DNA of 56,869 nt from NCBI GenBank assembly GCA_944392445.1, contig CALXWT010000003.1:1-56869 (forward strand), written 5' to 3'. The notes beneath the pieces were generated by a model. It was not told the DNA's origin and made no database searches. It saw only the letters and a program-made list of their open reading frames with translations. The position numbers and the translations under genes were made by a program. Source of the DNA: an uncultured Clostridia bacterium (GTDB lineage: Bacteria; Bacillota; Clostridia; TANB77; CAG-508). Of this stretch, positions 36,744 to 46,979 are shown piece by piece; position 1 is the first letter of the stretch; each line of letters starts with the position of its first letter.

Positions 36744-37937
36744 ATGCAGGAATTATTAGTAAGTACTAATGCCGAAGAAACAAAAATATTGTTAGTAGAA
36801 AATGGAAAATTAGTTGAAAAATATGAAGAAAAACCAGAAAAAGAAAAAATAGAAGGAAACATATATCTAGGAATAGTGGAAAACGTATTACCAGGAATGC
36901 AATCTGCATTTGTTAATATTGGGCAAGAGAAAAATACATTTATACATATACGAGATATAATTCCAAAAGCAAGTGATGAAACAGGAAATAAAAATGAAAA
37001 ATTTTCTAAATATAATATTAAAGATTATTTAAAACAAGGTATGCCAATTTTAGTACAAGTACGAAAAGATAGTACTAGTATTAAAGGAGCTAGAATTTCA
37101 ACTCATTTAAGCTTGCCTGGAAGATTTATAGTACTAATGCCAAGCCAAAATTTTATAACAATATCGCAAAAGATAGATAATAAAAATGAAAGAGAAAGAC
37201 TAAAAAGTATAGCACAAAAACATCTGCCAGAAGGTTATGGAGCGATTATTAGAACTTCAGCAGAAGGAAAAACGGACGAAGAAATTAAAGTGGATTTAAA
37301 TAAAATAATAGAAAAGTATAAAAGGGTAGAACAAGAATATAATAATGCAAAACAGAATAAAAACTTAAAGCCTAAGCTAATATATAAGAGTGAAAGTATC
37401 TTAGAAAGAATGCTTACAGATTTAATAGATCAAGGCTTAAATAGAATCTGTGTAGATGATGAAAAAATATATACTGAAATTTTAAATAGACTAAAAGAAG
37501 AAAACAAAAAAATAGAGGTTTGTGCCGTAAAGAATATATTAGAGATGTATGACATAGAAAAACAACTAGAACAGTTAAAAAATAGAAAAATATGGCTTAG
37601 ATGTGGAGGCTTTATTACTATAGATAAGACTGAAGCATTAACTGCAATAGATGTAAATTCTGGAAAATACATAGGAAAGCAAGATTTAGAGCACACCTCT
37701 TTTGTGGTAAATAAAGAAGCAACTATTGAGATTGCAAAACAGCTAAGATTAAGAGACATTGGTGGAATAATTATTATAGATTATATAGATATGCAAGAGA
37801 AAGAAAATGAAGAAAAAATAATTGATTTGCTTAGAGAAAACTTAAAAAAAGATAGGTCAAAAACACAAATAGTTGGCTTTTCTAAATTAAATCTATTAGA
37901 AATGACTCGTAAACATATGTGTAGTAATGATGATTAA
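36744..37937 (+). CDS. rng: Rne/Rng-family ribonuclease (RNase G-like, short form)
   Basis: S1 domain GNIYLGIVENVLPGMQSAFVNIG, catalytic region ALTAIDVNSGKY and IGGIIIIDYIDM. Confidence 0.8.
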   Translation: MQELLVSTNAEETKILLVENGKLVEKYEEKPEKEKIEGNIYLGIVENVLPGMQSAFVNIGQEKNTFIHIRDIIPKASDETGNKNEKFSKYNIKDYLKQGMPILVQVRKDSTSIKGARISTHLSLPGRFIVLMPSQNFITISQKIDNKNERERLKSIAQKHLPEGYGAIIRTSAEGKTDEEIKVDLNKIIEKYKRVEQEYNNAKQNKNLKPKLIYKSESILERMLTDLIDQGLNRICVDDEKIYTEILNRLKEENKKIEVCAVKNILEMYDIEKQLEQLKNRKIWLRCGGFITIDKTEALTAIDVNSGKYIGKQDLEHTSFVVNKEATIEIAKQLRLRDIGGIIIIDYIDMQEKENEEKIIDLLRENLKKDRSKTQIVGFSKLNLLEMTRKHMCSNDD

Positions 37938-37981
37938 AAGCTCAAGTGCTTGGTGGATACTCCTCTAAGCACTTGAGTTTT

Positions 37982-39706
37982 CTATGCTTCGCCTAAAATT
38001 ACCTTCAATTCTTCATGTCTTTTCACTTTTTGAGTAGTAGTTTTTATTAAAGGCGTGTCGGTTAAAATAATTTCTCTAATATACTTATATGCTGGCATTT
38101 TGTGATTAACATTTTCCTTTATATCATCCCAAACCTTTTTATGTAAATCTTCTTTAGAAATATTAGGAAACATTTCATTTATTACATCTTTATTATATAC
38201 AATCTTAGCACAAATCTTATAATCGCCATCTTCTAAAGGACGACCAAATACCATACTTTCAGATACGTAAGGCAATTTATTTATCAAAATTTCTATTTCT
38301 TCTGGGAAGATATTTTTACCGTTTTTAAGCACTATTACATCTTTCTTCCTACCTGTAATAAATAAGAATCCATCTTTATCAAAATATCCTAAATCACCTG
38401 TATAAAACCAATTATCTTTTAAAACTTCATTTGTTGCTTCTGGATTGTCTACATATTCAAGCATTACTGTTGGAGCTTGTACAGCTATTTCACCAATTCC
38501 ATCTTTATCTGGATTATCTATTTTTACATTTATCCCTGGAAGAGGGAAACCTACAGAACCACATCTTTTACATTTATCATTTTCTCCAGCAACAACAGGT
38601 GAGGTTTCTGTTAATCCATATCCTTGTAATAGGTTAATTCCTAAATCTAAGAACCCTTGAATTGCGTCTTTGCTCATAGCTGCACCACCAGCAATTAATA
38701 TTCTAAGTTTTCCACCTAAATTGTCTAGTATTTGCTTAAATACTTTTCTACGTATATCAATGCCCATTTTTAGCAAACCATTGCTTATTTTAGATATTGT
38801 AGCTACAAGTTTTGTTTTGCCTTGTTCTTCAATACCTTTTTTAATTTTTTTATACATAATTTCAAGCATTAAAGGCACACATACAAAACCAGTTACTTTA
38901 AACTCTGCTAGATTTTTTTGCACATATTTTAAACCATCACAAAACGCAACTGTAATTCCAGAAAATGTTCCGTACAGGAATGTACAAGTAGATTCAAAAG
39001 TGTGATGTAATGGTAAAAACGATAAAAATGTATCATCTTTTCTAATATCAGTCATTTGAGCTAAGGCATATATATCCTCACAAATGTTAGACTGAGAGAG
39101 AGCAACTGCTTTTGAAATTGAGGTAGTACCAGACGTGAAAAGCATAATAGACATTTTTTTATTATCTATTACAACATTATCATATTTAGTATCACCATTA
39201 ACCAATAGAGAGTGACCTTTTTGGATTAAGCTAGAATAAGTAGTAAATTCATCTATATTGTCCATACATATATATTGAGATAAATTAGATTTTTTCTCTT
39301 TTGCAAGTTTAGAAAAAACTTCGGTATATTTTTTATCAAAAATAACTGCTTGTGCTTTGCTTCTAACAATAAGGTCTTCAATTTCATTATCTGGCAATGC
39401 TCTATCAAGAGGAACAACAACCATATCTGATGTTGTTATAGCTAAATAACTAACACACCACTCATATCTGTTAGGAGAAATTATAGCTACTTTCTTTTTG
39501 GAAAGTCCAGTATTTATTAAAGCCGTACCAAGCGATTTAATATCACTTGCAAATTGAGAATAAGTAATTTTTATATGGCTCTCTGAACTTGGGTTTTCTT
39601 TGTATTCAAAAGCTATTTCGTCAGAATATTTATCGGAATATCTTTTAACCAATTCTCTAAAATCATTTATTTTATCGGCATCATATAATTTTCTTTTATA
39701 CTTCAT
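37982..39706 (-). CDS. AMP-binding long-chain acyl-CoA ligase
   Basis: MLFTSGTTSISKAV (AMP-binding motif I), GYGLTETSP, YTGDLGYFDKDGFLFITGRKKD. Confidence 0.8.
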   Translation of the reverse strand: MKYKRKLYDADKINDFRELVKRYSDKYSDEIAFEYKENPSSESHIKITYSQFASDIKSLGTALINTGLSKKKVAIISPNRYEWCVSYLAITTSDMVVVPLDRALPDNEIEDLIVRSKAQAVIFDKKYTEVFSKLAKEKKSNLSQYICMDNIDEFTTYSSLIQKGHSLLVNGDTKYDNVVIDNKKMSIMLFTSGTTSISKAVALSQSNICEDIYALAQMTDIRKDDTFLSFLPLHHTFESTCTFLYGTFSGITVAFCDGLKYVQKNLAEFKVTGFVCVPLMLEIMYKKIKKGIEEQGKTKLVATISKISNGLLKMGIDIRRKVFKQILDNLGGKLRILIAGGAAMSKDAIQGFLDLGINLLQGYGLTETSPVVAGENDKCKRCGSVGFPLPGINVKIDNPDKDGIGEIAVQAPTVMLEYVDNPEATNEVLKDNWFYTGDLGYFDKDGFLFITGRKKDVIVLKNGKNIFPEEIEILINKLPYVSESMVFGRPLEDGDYKICAKIVYNKDVINEMFPNISKEDLHKKVWDDIKENVNHKMPAYKYIREIILTDTPLIKTTTQKVKRHEELKVILGEA

Positions 39707-39814
39707 AATTACATCCTTTCATAAAAATATCTTGCTATATTTTATAACACTTACAAAAATTATTCAAGGAAAAAATTGGAAAAAATATAAATTAGAAAAA
39801 ATTTCCAAAAACTA

Positions 39815-39843
39815 TTGCAATTACTTGAAAAGTAATGTATAAT
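39815..39843 (+). promoter_or_regulatory. Putative promoter of the rimP-nusA-infB operon
   Basis: TTGCAA (39815-39820), 17-nt spacer, TATAAT (39838-39843). Confidence 0.5.
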
Positions 39844-39861
39844 AGTATTGACATAAAGAGA

Positions 39862-39890
39862 AGAAGAGTGGAAGCAAATTCCACTCTTCT
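39862..39890 (+). promoter_or_regulatory. Leader hairpin of the rimP-nusA operon
   Basis: Perfect 11-bp stem AGAAGAGTGGA / TCCACTCTTCT with loop AGCAAAT. It lies between the promoter and the rimP SD, and no U-tract follows. Confidence 0.45.
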
Positions 39891-39918
39891 GTACGTATTA
39901 AAGAAAAAAGGAGAAATT

Positions 39919-40404
39919 ATGGCAAATATTGAAGAAAAAATAGAAAATCTAGTAAAGCAAAAAATAGAAGATTTGGGCTATGAACTTTATGATGTACAAT
40001 ATGTTAAAGAAGGCCAAAACTATATTCTACGCATATTTATAGAAAAGCCAAATGGCAGTATAGACCTAAATGACTGCGAAAAAGTAAATGATGGTATAAA
40101 TGATTTACTAGATGAAGCAAATTATATAAAAGACCAATACTTCTTAGAAGTGTCTTCTACAGGAGTAGAAAAAATATTAAGAAAAGATAAACATTTAAAA
40201 AGTAATATAGGAAACGAAGTGCAAGTAAACCTATTTAAACAAATCGAAATTTTAGAAAAGAAACAAAAAGAAATAGTAGGAACATTAAAAGACTTCGATG
40301 AAAACAAAATTATATTACAAATTGAAGACAATAGCCAAATATCATTAGAGAAAAAAGATATTTCACAAATAAAAACTGTATTTGACTGGGATAGTTTGAA
40401 TTAA
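39919..40404 (+). CDS. rimP: Ribosome maturation factor RimP
   Basis: ...GYELYDVQYVKEGQNYILRIFIEKPNG.IDLNDCEKV... is typical RimP. SD is AAGGAG. It lies upstream of nusA. Confidence 0.9.
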   Translation: MANIEEKIENLVKQKIEDLGYELYDVQYVKEGQNYILRIFIEKPNGSIDLNDCEKVNDGINDLLDEANYIKDQYFLEVSSTGVEKILRKDKHLKSNIGNEVQVNLFKQIEILEKKQKEIVGTLKDFDENKIILQIEDNSQISLEKKDISQIKTVFDWDSLN

Positions 40405-40422
40405 AGGGAGGAATTAAGAAAA

Positions 40423-41580
40423 ATGAAGAAAGTATCTAAAACAAATAACCAAGCAATAGATAGTAGTGAACTTATAATAGCAATGGAAGAACTAGAAAAA
40501 GAAAAAGGTATAAAAAAAGATTATTTACTAGAAGCAATAGAAACTGCATTAGTTACAGCATATAAAAGAAATTTTGATTCAGCAGAGAATGTTAGAATAA
40601 CAATGGACAAAGAAACTGGAGAAATACATGTGTATGCAGAAAAAGATGTTGTAGAAAAGCCAGAAGATGTAGAAAATAATAAATTACAAATAAGCTTAGA
40701 AGATGCAAAAAGAATAAATAGTAAATTAGAAGTTGGAGATAAAGCAGAAATTGAACAAGTTCCTAAAAACTTTGGAAGAATTGCAGCACAAACAGCAAAG
40801 CAAGTAATAGTACAAAAAATAAGAGAAGCTTCAAGAAACTTTTTATTTGATGAATTTAATGAAAGAAAAGGTGAAATTGTTTCTGGTATAATTCAGAAAG
40901 CAGATGGTGGAACTGTTGTTTTAGATTTAGGAAAACTTGAAGGTATTATGCCTGTTAAAGAGCAAATACCAACAGAAAAATATAAAGTAAATGATAAAAT
41001 TCGTGCATATATTGTAGATGTAGAAAGAGGTACAAAAGGTGCACCACAAGTTATAGTATCAAGAGCACATAACGATTTTGTAAGAAAATTATTCGAACTT
41101 GAAATACCTGAAATATATGAAGGCCTAATTGAAATAAAAGGTGTTTCAAGAGATCCAGGAAATAGATGCAAGGTAGCAGTATATTCATCTAATGAAAATA
41201 TAGACCCTGTTGGTTCTTGTGTGGGACAAAAAGGAATACGTATACAAAATATAATAAATGAACTAAATGGAGAAAAAATAGATGTTATAGAATGGTCAGA
41301 AGACCCTGCAACATATATATCTGCAGCATTACTTCCAGCAGAAGTTATGGCAGTTGATGTAAAGCCAGAAGAAAAGTTTGCACAAGTAATTGTTAGAGAT
41401 GACCAATTATCATTAGCAATAGGAAAAGCTGGACAAAATGCAAGATTAGTAGCAAGACTTACAAATTGGAAAATTGACATTAAGAGTGAATCACAATTTA
41501 GAGAGATGCTTGCAAACTTAAGCAAAAATGCAGAAATAGAAGATGTAGAAGAAGTTTCAAAAGATTCTAATGAAGAATAA
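40423..41580 (+). CDS. nusA: Transcription termination/antitermination factor NusA
   Basis: 385 aa with S1 and KH domains (CVGQKGIRIQNIINEL.GEKIDV, AIGKAGQNARLVARLTNWKIDI). Confidence 0.95.
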   Translation: MKKVSKTNNQAIDSSELIIAMEELEKEKGIKKDYLLEAIETALVTAYKRNFDSAENVRITMDKETGEIHVYAEKDVVEKPEDVENNKLQISLEDAKRINSKLEVGDKAEIEQVPKNFGRIAAQTAKQVIVQKIREASRNFLFDEFNERKGEIVSGIIQKADGGTVVLDLGKLEGIMPVKEQIPTEKYKVNDKIRAYIVDVERGTKGAPQVIVSRAHNDFVRKLFELEIPEIYEGLIEIKGVSRDPGNRCKVAVYSSNENIDPVGSCVGQKGIRIQNIINELNGEKIDVIEWSEDPATYISAALLPAEVMAVDVKPEEKFAQVIVRDDQLSLAIGKAGQNARLVARLTNWKIDIKSESQFREMLANLSKNAEIEDVEEVSKDSNEE

Positions 41581-41619
41581 TATGGGGCAAGCTGAATAAA
41601 ATAGAAAAGAGGGATTTTA

Positions 41620-41880
41620 TTGAAAAGTTTACCGCAAAGAACCTGTATGGGGTGTAATTCTAAAAAAGATAAAAAAGACTTAATACGCATAGTAAAAAAT
41701 AAAGAAGGGGTTATTAGTATAGATAAAACAGGAAAAGCAAATGGAAGAGGGGCATATATCTGTAATAATATATCCTGCCTAGAAAAAGCTGTTAAATCTA
41801 AAAGGTTAGAACGAGTATTTGAAACAAAAATATCAGAAGAAATTTATGAAAGCTTAAGAGGTGTAATTATTGATAGATAA
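41620..41880 (+). CDS. ylxR: YlxR-family RNA-binding protein (DUF448)
   Basis: PQRTCMGCNSKKDKKDLIRIV...GRGAYIC is canonical YlxR. TTG start lies after AGAGGGA. Confidence 0.9.
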   Translation: MKSLPQRTCMGCNSKKDKKDLIRIVKNKEGVISIDKTGKANGRGAYICNNISCLEKAVKSKRLERVFETKISEEIYESLRGVIIDR

Positions 41881-42190
41881 AAAAATTTGTGGATTATTAG
41901 GCTTAGCAAGAAGAGCTGGAAAGTTAATATTTGGAACAGAGGCTTGTAAGCAAGAATTAGAGAGTAAGAAAGTTAAACTAATAATTATTGCGACAGATGC
42001 AGCAGAAAGGACAAAAATGAATTTTAAAAATATTTGTAAGGAAAAAGATGTACCAATTTTTGAAATTTTAAATATAGATGAATTAAGTAAAGCGATAGGA
42101 CAGTCTAACAAAGCTATTATAGGCATTAAAGACATAAATTTTTCAAAAGAAATTATAAAAATAATAAATGGGGGTGAAGCTATTGGGTAA
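41870..42190 (+). CDS. ylxQ: L7Ae-family ribosomal-protein-like protein YlxQ
   Basis: [18 protein letters not shown].....[12 protein letters not shown] is the YlxQ/L7Ae pattern. TTG start lies after AGAGGTG. Confidence 0.85.
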   Translation: MIDKKICGLLGLARRAGKLIFGTEACKQELESKKVKLIIIATDAAERTKMNFKNICKEKDVPIFEILNIDELSKAIGQSNKAIIGIKDINFSKEIIKIINGGEAIG

Positions 42191-45100
42191 GATAAAAATA
42201 CACGAAATAGCAAAAGAAGTAGGGATAACAAGTAAAGAAATAATAAAAATAGCAAATGATTTAGGAATGGATGTAACTAGCCATTTAAGTGCTGTTGATG
42301 AAGAACAAGCTAAAAGAATAAAAGAAAGTATTTCAGGAAAGCAAAAAACTGGAAAGAAAGAGGAAAGTAATCAAAATTCTAGGAACTCAAAAAAAGATAC
42401 TACTTCTTCAAATACTAAAAAAAGTGAGACTCCTGTTATTATTAGACGTGAAGTTATAATTTCGGAGGAAGAAGAAAAAAAGGCCGAAAATGAGAATAAA
42501 ATCCATGAAAATAATAAAAAAGATGTTGGATTTGTGGAAAGAAGAAATAAAAACGACTACAATATTGTATATAGAAACAAACAAACAAAACCACTTACTG
42601 TTAGCGAACTTTTTGGACTAAAACCAAAAGAAGAGCCTAAAAAAGAAGAACCAAAAAAGGAAGAGCCTAAAAAAGTTATAGTAGAAGAAAAGAAAGATGA
42701 AGAACCTAAAGTAGTTAAGCAAGAAACAAAGCCAGAAAAAATTGAAGAAAAAGTAGAAATAAAAGAGGAACCAAAGGAAAAAGTAAAAGAAACTAAACCT
42801 GTAGAAAAAGAAGAAAATAAAGAAAGTAAGCAGGTAGTTACATCTAAAGGAAATATTAGTACTCCTAAAAAAGAATTTAGAGAGAATAATTACCAAAACA
42901 GAAATAATACTAATAATAGATATAATAATGAGAGAGGAAACAATAGAAATCAGAATTTTAGGAATAATAATATGAGAAATGACAGAAACCAAAATTATAG
43001 AAATAATAATCAAAACAACGAAAAGTTTAATAGAAATGGTCAAAACGGAAATAATAACTTTAGAAATAATCAAAATAATAGATTTGGCAACAATAATAGA
43101 AGACCATTAGATGAAAAGGGAATAGACAAAAATATTAAAAATATAATGACAACTGAAATTGTAGAAAAAGAAAGTCAAAGAGATTATAGTAGTAAAGCAA
43201 TTGATAAGCAAAAAGCAAGTCGTCAATATGATGAAGCAAAATCAATTAAAAAAGCTAATAAATCAAGAAGAAGCAGTCAGTTTGAAGAATTTGATACAGG
43301 AAAGCTAAAAGATTTAAAACAAGTTGACAGCTTATCAAATATGTTTACAGAGCAAGATGGAGGAATGCTTGAATACTACGACTTAACTACAGCTAGAGGA
43401 AAAAAGAATAAAAAGAAAATTCAAAAAGACGATGAGTCAAGAAACAAACAAAAAATATTTGAACTTAAAGAAATTACTATTCCAGAAAATATTACAGTAA
43501 AAGACTTAGCACAAGAAATGAAAAAGACTACAGCTGAAGTAATTAAAAAATTATTCACTTTAGGAATAATGGCTACAATAAACAATACTTTGGACTTTGA
43601 TACTGCATTTTTAGTTGCTAGTGAGTTTGGAATTACTGCTAATAAAAAGGCTGAAGTAAAAGAAGAAGACATTCTATTTGACGATACAGAAGACGCACCA
43701 GAAGACTTAGAGCCACGTCCACCAGTAGTTGTTGTTATGGGACACGTTGACCACGGTAAAACATCATTACTAGATGCTATAAGAAGCACAAATGTAATAG
43801 AAGGTGAAGCTGGAGGAATTACACAACACATTGGTGCATATATGGTAAATGTAAATGGTAGAGAAATTACATTCTTAGATACACCAGGACATGAAGCATT
43901 TACAAGTATGAGAGCAAGAGGTGCTCAAATAACAGATATAGCAATATTAGTTATAGCAGCAGATGATGGAGTAATGCCTCAAACAGTAGAAGCTATAAAC
44001 CATGCAAAAGCAGCAGAGATTCCAATTATAGTTGCTGTAAATAAAATAGACTTACCAGGAGCAAATGTAGATAAGATAAAACAAGAATTGATGGAATATG
44101 AGTTAGTACCAGAAGAATGGGGAGGAGATACAATATATGTTCCAATATCTGCTAAAAAGCATATAAATATAGAAAATTTACTTGAAATGGTACTTCTTGT
44201 AGCAGATGTAAAAGAACTTAAAGCAAACCCAAGAAAGCAAGCTAAAGGTACAGTTATAGAAGCAAGACTTGATAAATCTAAAGGACCTATAGCATCAATA
44301 TTAGTACAAAGAGGAACATTAGATGTAGGAGACACTATCGTTGTTGGAACTTCAATAGGTAGAATAAGAGGAATGAAAAACGATAAAGGTCAAAAAATTA
44401 AAAAAGCTGGTCCTTCTACTCCAGTTGAAGTAATGGGATTAACAAATGTACCAGAAGCAGGCGATACTTTCTATGAGGTAAAAGACGAAAAGATGGCAAA
44501 ACACCTAATAGAAAAGAGAAAACGTCAAGAAAGAGAAAAAGAATTAGCAGAACAAAGCAAAGTAACTTTAAGTAATCTATTTGAAAAAATGGAAAGCGAA
44601 AACTTAAAAGAACTTGCAATAATTGTTAAAGCAGATGTTCAAGGTACAGCTCAAGCACTAAAACAGTCATTAGAAAAATTGACTAATGAAGAGGTAAAGG
44701 TAAGAGTTATACATTCAGCAGTTGGAGCTGTTTCAGAATCTGATGTACAACTAGCAAAAGCAGCAAAAGCAATAATTATAGCATTTAATGTAAGACCAAG
44801 CTTAGCAGCAAAGGACATGGCAGAAAAAGATGGAATAGAAATAAAACAATATTCTGTAATATATAATGCAATAGAAGATGTTGAAGCTGCAATGAAAGGA
44901 ATGCTTGCACCAGTATATGAGGAAAAAGTAATAGGAAACGTAGAAGTAAGACAAACATTCAAACTATCTAGTGTTGGAACTATTGCAGGTGCTTATGTAT
45001 TAGACGGAAAAGTAGAAAGAAATGCTGGAGTAAGAGTAATTCGTGACAATGTAGTAATACATGATGGAAAACTTGCATCATTAAAACGTTTTAAAGATGA

Positions 45101-45212
45101 TGTTAAAGAAGTTACAAAAGGTTTTGAATGTGGTATTCAAATTGAAAACTATAATGACATTAAAGAAGGCGACATTATTGAGGTTTATGTTATGGAGGAA
45201 GTCAAGAGATAG
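42183..45212 (+). CDS. infB: Translation initiation factor IF-2
   Basis: GTPase motifs [22 protein letters not shown] start at 42183 gives (M)[13 protein letters not shown], matching Firmicute IF-2 N-termini, 6 nt after GGGGGTG. The ORF-track ATG at 42168 is an alternative. Confidence 0.95.
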   Translation: MGKIKIHEIAKEVGITSKEIIKIANDLGMDVTSHLSAVDEEQAKRIKESISGKQKTGKKEESNQNSRNSKKDTTSSNTKKSETPVIIRREVIISEEEEKKAENENKIHENNKKDVGFVERRNKNDYNIVYRNKQTKPLTVSELFGLKPKEEPKKEEPKKEEPKKVIVEEKKDEEPKVVKQETKPEKIEEKVEIKEEPKEKVKETKPVEKEENKESKQVVTSKGNISTPKKEFRENNYQNRNNTNNRYNNERGNNRNQNFRNNNMRNDRNQNYRNNNQNNEKFNRNGQNGNNNFRNNQNNRFGNNNRRPLDEKGIDKNIKNIMTTEIVEKESQRDYSSKAIDKQKASRQYDEAKSIKKANKSRRSSQFEEFDTGKLKDLKQVDSLSNMFTEQDGGMLEYYDLTTARGKKNKKKIQKDDESRNKQKIFELKEITIPENITVKDLAQEMKKTTAEVIKKLFTLGIMATINNTLDFDTAFLVASEFGITANKKAEVKEEDILFDDTEDAPEDLEPRPPVVVVMGHVDHGKTSLLDAIRSTNVIEGEAGGITQHIGAYMVNVNGREITFLDTPGHEAFTSMRARGAQITDIAILVIAADDGVMPQTVEAINHAKAAEIPIIVAVNKIDLPGANVDKIKQELMEYELVPEEWGGDTIYVPISAKKHINIENLLEMVLLVADVKELKANPRKQAKGTVIEARLDKSKGPIASILVQRGTLDVGDTIVVGTSIGRIRGMKNDKGQKIKKAGPSTPVEVMGLTNVPEAGDTFYEVKDEKMAKHLIEKRKRQEREKELAEQSKVTLSNLFEKMESENLKELAIIVKADVQGTAQALKQSLEKLTNEEVKVRVIHSAVGAVSESDVQLAKAAKAIIIAFNVRPSLAAKDMAEKDGIEIKQYSVIYNAIEDVEAAMKGMLAPVYEEKVIGNVEVRQTFKLSSVGTIAGAYVLDGKVERNAGVRVIRDNVVIHDGKLASLKRFKDDVKEVTKGFECGIQIENYNDIKEGDIIEVYVMEEVKR

Positions 45213-45229
45213 GTGCATTTTGAAGATAA

Positions 45230-45271
45230 TTCCATTCCATATTTTCACACTTTTTTAGAAGCCACTCTAAC
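45230..45271 (+). repeat. Partial copy of the right arm of the 9428-9710 foldback element
   Basis: TTCCATTCCATATTTTCACACTTTTTTAGAAGCCACTCTAAC compared with 9620-9663 TTCCATTCCATATTTTCATACTTTTTTTATAAGTCTACTCTAAC. Confidence 0.75.
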
Positions 45272-45505
45272 GTTACTGGATAATATTTTTTGTTGATACC
45301 CCTAAGTACTATGTATATTTATCAAATTTTTTTGTTCCTTGGTGTCGCACCTCTCTGATGATAAAAAGAAAAATAAATTTTTCTTTTTATCGCAGGAAAG
45401 GTGCTCCAAATCGCACTCGCTTCAAAGAAGCTCGTTTGGTCGCTTACGCGTCACTACAAAAATTCTCTAAATATACATAGTACCTAGGGTGAAGACCTAA
45501 ATTAT
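45265..45505 (+). repeat. MITE-like structured repeat, copy B (core 45301-45488), inside the infB-rbfA spacer
   Basis: See copy A. Terminal arms CCTAAGTACTATGTATATTTA / TAAATATACATAGTACCTAGG. Central hairpin GATAAAAAGAAAAA-TAAA-TTTTTCTTTTTATC. Confidence 0.85.
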
Positions 45506-45569
45506 TACAAAAACCATTATCTTAATAACATAAGATTAGATATAAAATAATAAAAAGGAGGAGATAATA

Positions 45570-45929
45570 GTGCCTAAGAATGAAGCAAGATTAAATAGAA
45601 TAAACGAGGAGTTAAAAAAAGAATTAAGTCAAGTGCTTAACTATGAACTTAAAAATCCAAATGTTACAGGTATGCTTAGTGTAACAAAGGTAAAAATAAC
45701 TCCAGATTTTAAGTATGCTAAAGTATATGTAAGTATACTAAATTCTAAAAACGTAAATAAAACAATGGAGGGCCTAAAGGAATCCTCTGGTTTTATAAGG
45801 TCAAGACTAGCTAAAACAGTAAATTTAAGAATTACACCAGAGTTGGTTTTTGAAATAGACGACTCATTGGAGTATGGAGCTAGAATAGACTCAATATTAA
45901 AAGAACTTAATGTAAATAAAGAAGATTAA
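45570..45929 (+). CDS. rbfA: Ribosome-binding factor A
   Basis: ...RINEELKKELSQVL...VTKVKITPDFKYAKVYVS... is canonical RbfA. GTG start lies after AAGGAGGAG. Confidence 0.9.
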   Translation: MPKNEARLNRINEELKKELSQVLNYELKNPNVTGMLSVTKVKITPDFKYAKVYVSILNSKNVNKTMEGLKESSGFIRSRLAKTVNLRITPELVFEIDDSLEYGARIDSILKELNVNKED

Positions 45930-45972
45930 ATATGATAGATTATTAATAAATAAAAGAGAAAGAGGAAAGTAA

Positions 45973-46923
45973 ATGAGCACATTAGATAATATTTTAGAAG
46001 AAATAAATAATGCTGAGACTATAGCAATATTAACACATGAAAATCCTGATGGAGATGCTATAGGTTCAGCCTTAGCATTATATAATTCACTAAAACAAAT
46101 AGGAAAAAATCCAGATGTAATTATACCAGAATATCCACGTACTTTTGAGTTTTTGCCAAGTACAGACGAAATAAAGAAAGAATCTAATATAGAAAAATAT
46201 GATTTAGCAATTTCTGTGGACTGTGCTACAATAAAAATGCTAAATGGATTTGCTAAGTACTTTGAAGATGCAAAAGTAAGAATAAACATAGACCATCATA
46301 GTTCAAATACTATGTTTGGAGACTATAATTACGTAAGTCCTGATGCACCAGCATGTGCACAAGTACTTATAGTAGTGCTAAGATATCTTAAAGTGGATAT
46401 TACTAAAGAAATAGGAACATGCCTATTAACAGGAATAATAACAGATACAGGAGGATTTAAATATTCGGGTGTAACAGCCGAAACTTTTGAATTTGTTGCA
46501 TGGCTTTTAAATATGGGAATAAATGTTTCGAAAATATATAGAAGAGTGTTACAAATAAAAACAAGACCAAATTTTGAATTAAATAGAATAGCTGCAAACA
46601 GGTTAGAATTTTATGAAGATGGAAAAGTGGCATTTACATATATAACTAAAGAAGATGCAGAAAAAGTTGGGGCTCAAAGTGGAGATCATGAAGGAATAGT
46701 TGAGACTGGCAGAGATATAGAAGGAGTAGAAGTATCTATATTTTTACGTGAAACAGATAAAGGTTGTAAGGTATCTATGAGGTCAAACGAATATGTAAAT
46801 GTATCTGATGTGTGCATATTGCTTGGCGGTGGAGGTCATATACGTGCAGCAGGAGCGTCAATGCAATGCAATATAGAACAGGCTAAGGAGAAAATTTTAA
46901 GACAAATTAAGTCGGTTATTTAA
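45973..46923 (+). CDS. nrnA: DHH/DHHA1 phosphoesterase (NrnA-type oligoribonuclease/pAp phosphatase)
   Basis: HENPDGDAIGS, IDHH, GGGH motifs. 316 aa. Confidence 0.8.
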   Translation: MSTLDNILEEINNAETIAILTHENPDGDAIGSALALYNSLKQIGKNPDVIIPEYPRTFEFLPSTDEIKKESNIEKYDLAISVDCATIKMLNGFAKYFEDAKVRINIDHHSSNTMFGDYNYVSPDAPACAQVLIVVLRYLKVDITKEIGTCLLTGIITDTGGFKYSGVTAETFEFVAWLLNMGINVSKIYRRVLQIKTRPNFELNRIAANRLEFYEDGKVAFTYITKEDAEKVGAQSGDHEGIVETGRDIEGVEVSIFLRETDKGCKVSMRSNEYVNVSDVCILLGGGGHIRAAGASMQCNIEQAKEKILRQIKSVI

Positions 46924-46926
46924 GAG

Positions 46927-46964
46927 GCGTGGACAAAAGGAACAGTCCTTTTTGTCCACACTTT
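46927..46964 (+). terminator. GTGGACAAAAGG...CCTTTTTGTCCAC hairpin after nrnA
   Basis: 12-bp stem, loop AACAGT, followed by CTTTTT. It is near-identical in sequence to the hairpin at 12544-12580. Confidence 0.6.
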
Positions 46965-46979
46965 TTGGAAGGATTTGAA

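Noticed and set aside
40893-41690. 265-aa antisense ORF across nusA. Similar long antisense ORFs occur at 3801-4262, 4746-5300, 11943-12485, 42618-43073, 43421-43831, 45897-46289 and 49171-49791.
   Set aside because: They run opposite well-supported conserved genes. Their Ser/Phe/Leu/Ile-rich low-complexity translations are typical of the reverse strand of GAA/AAA-rich coding sequence, and they have no SDs.
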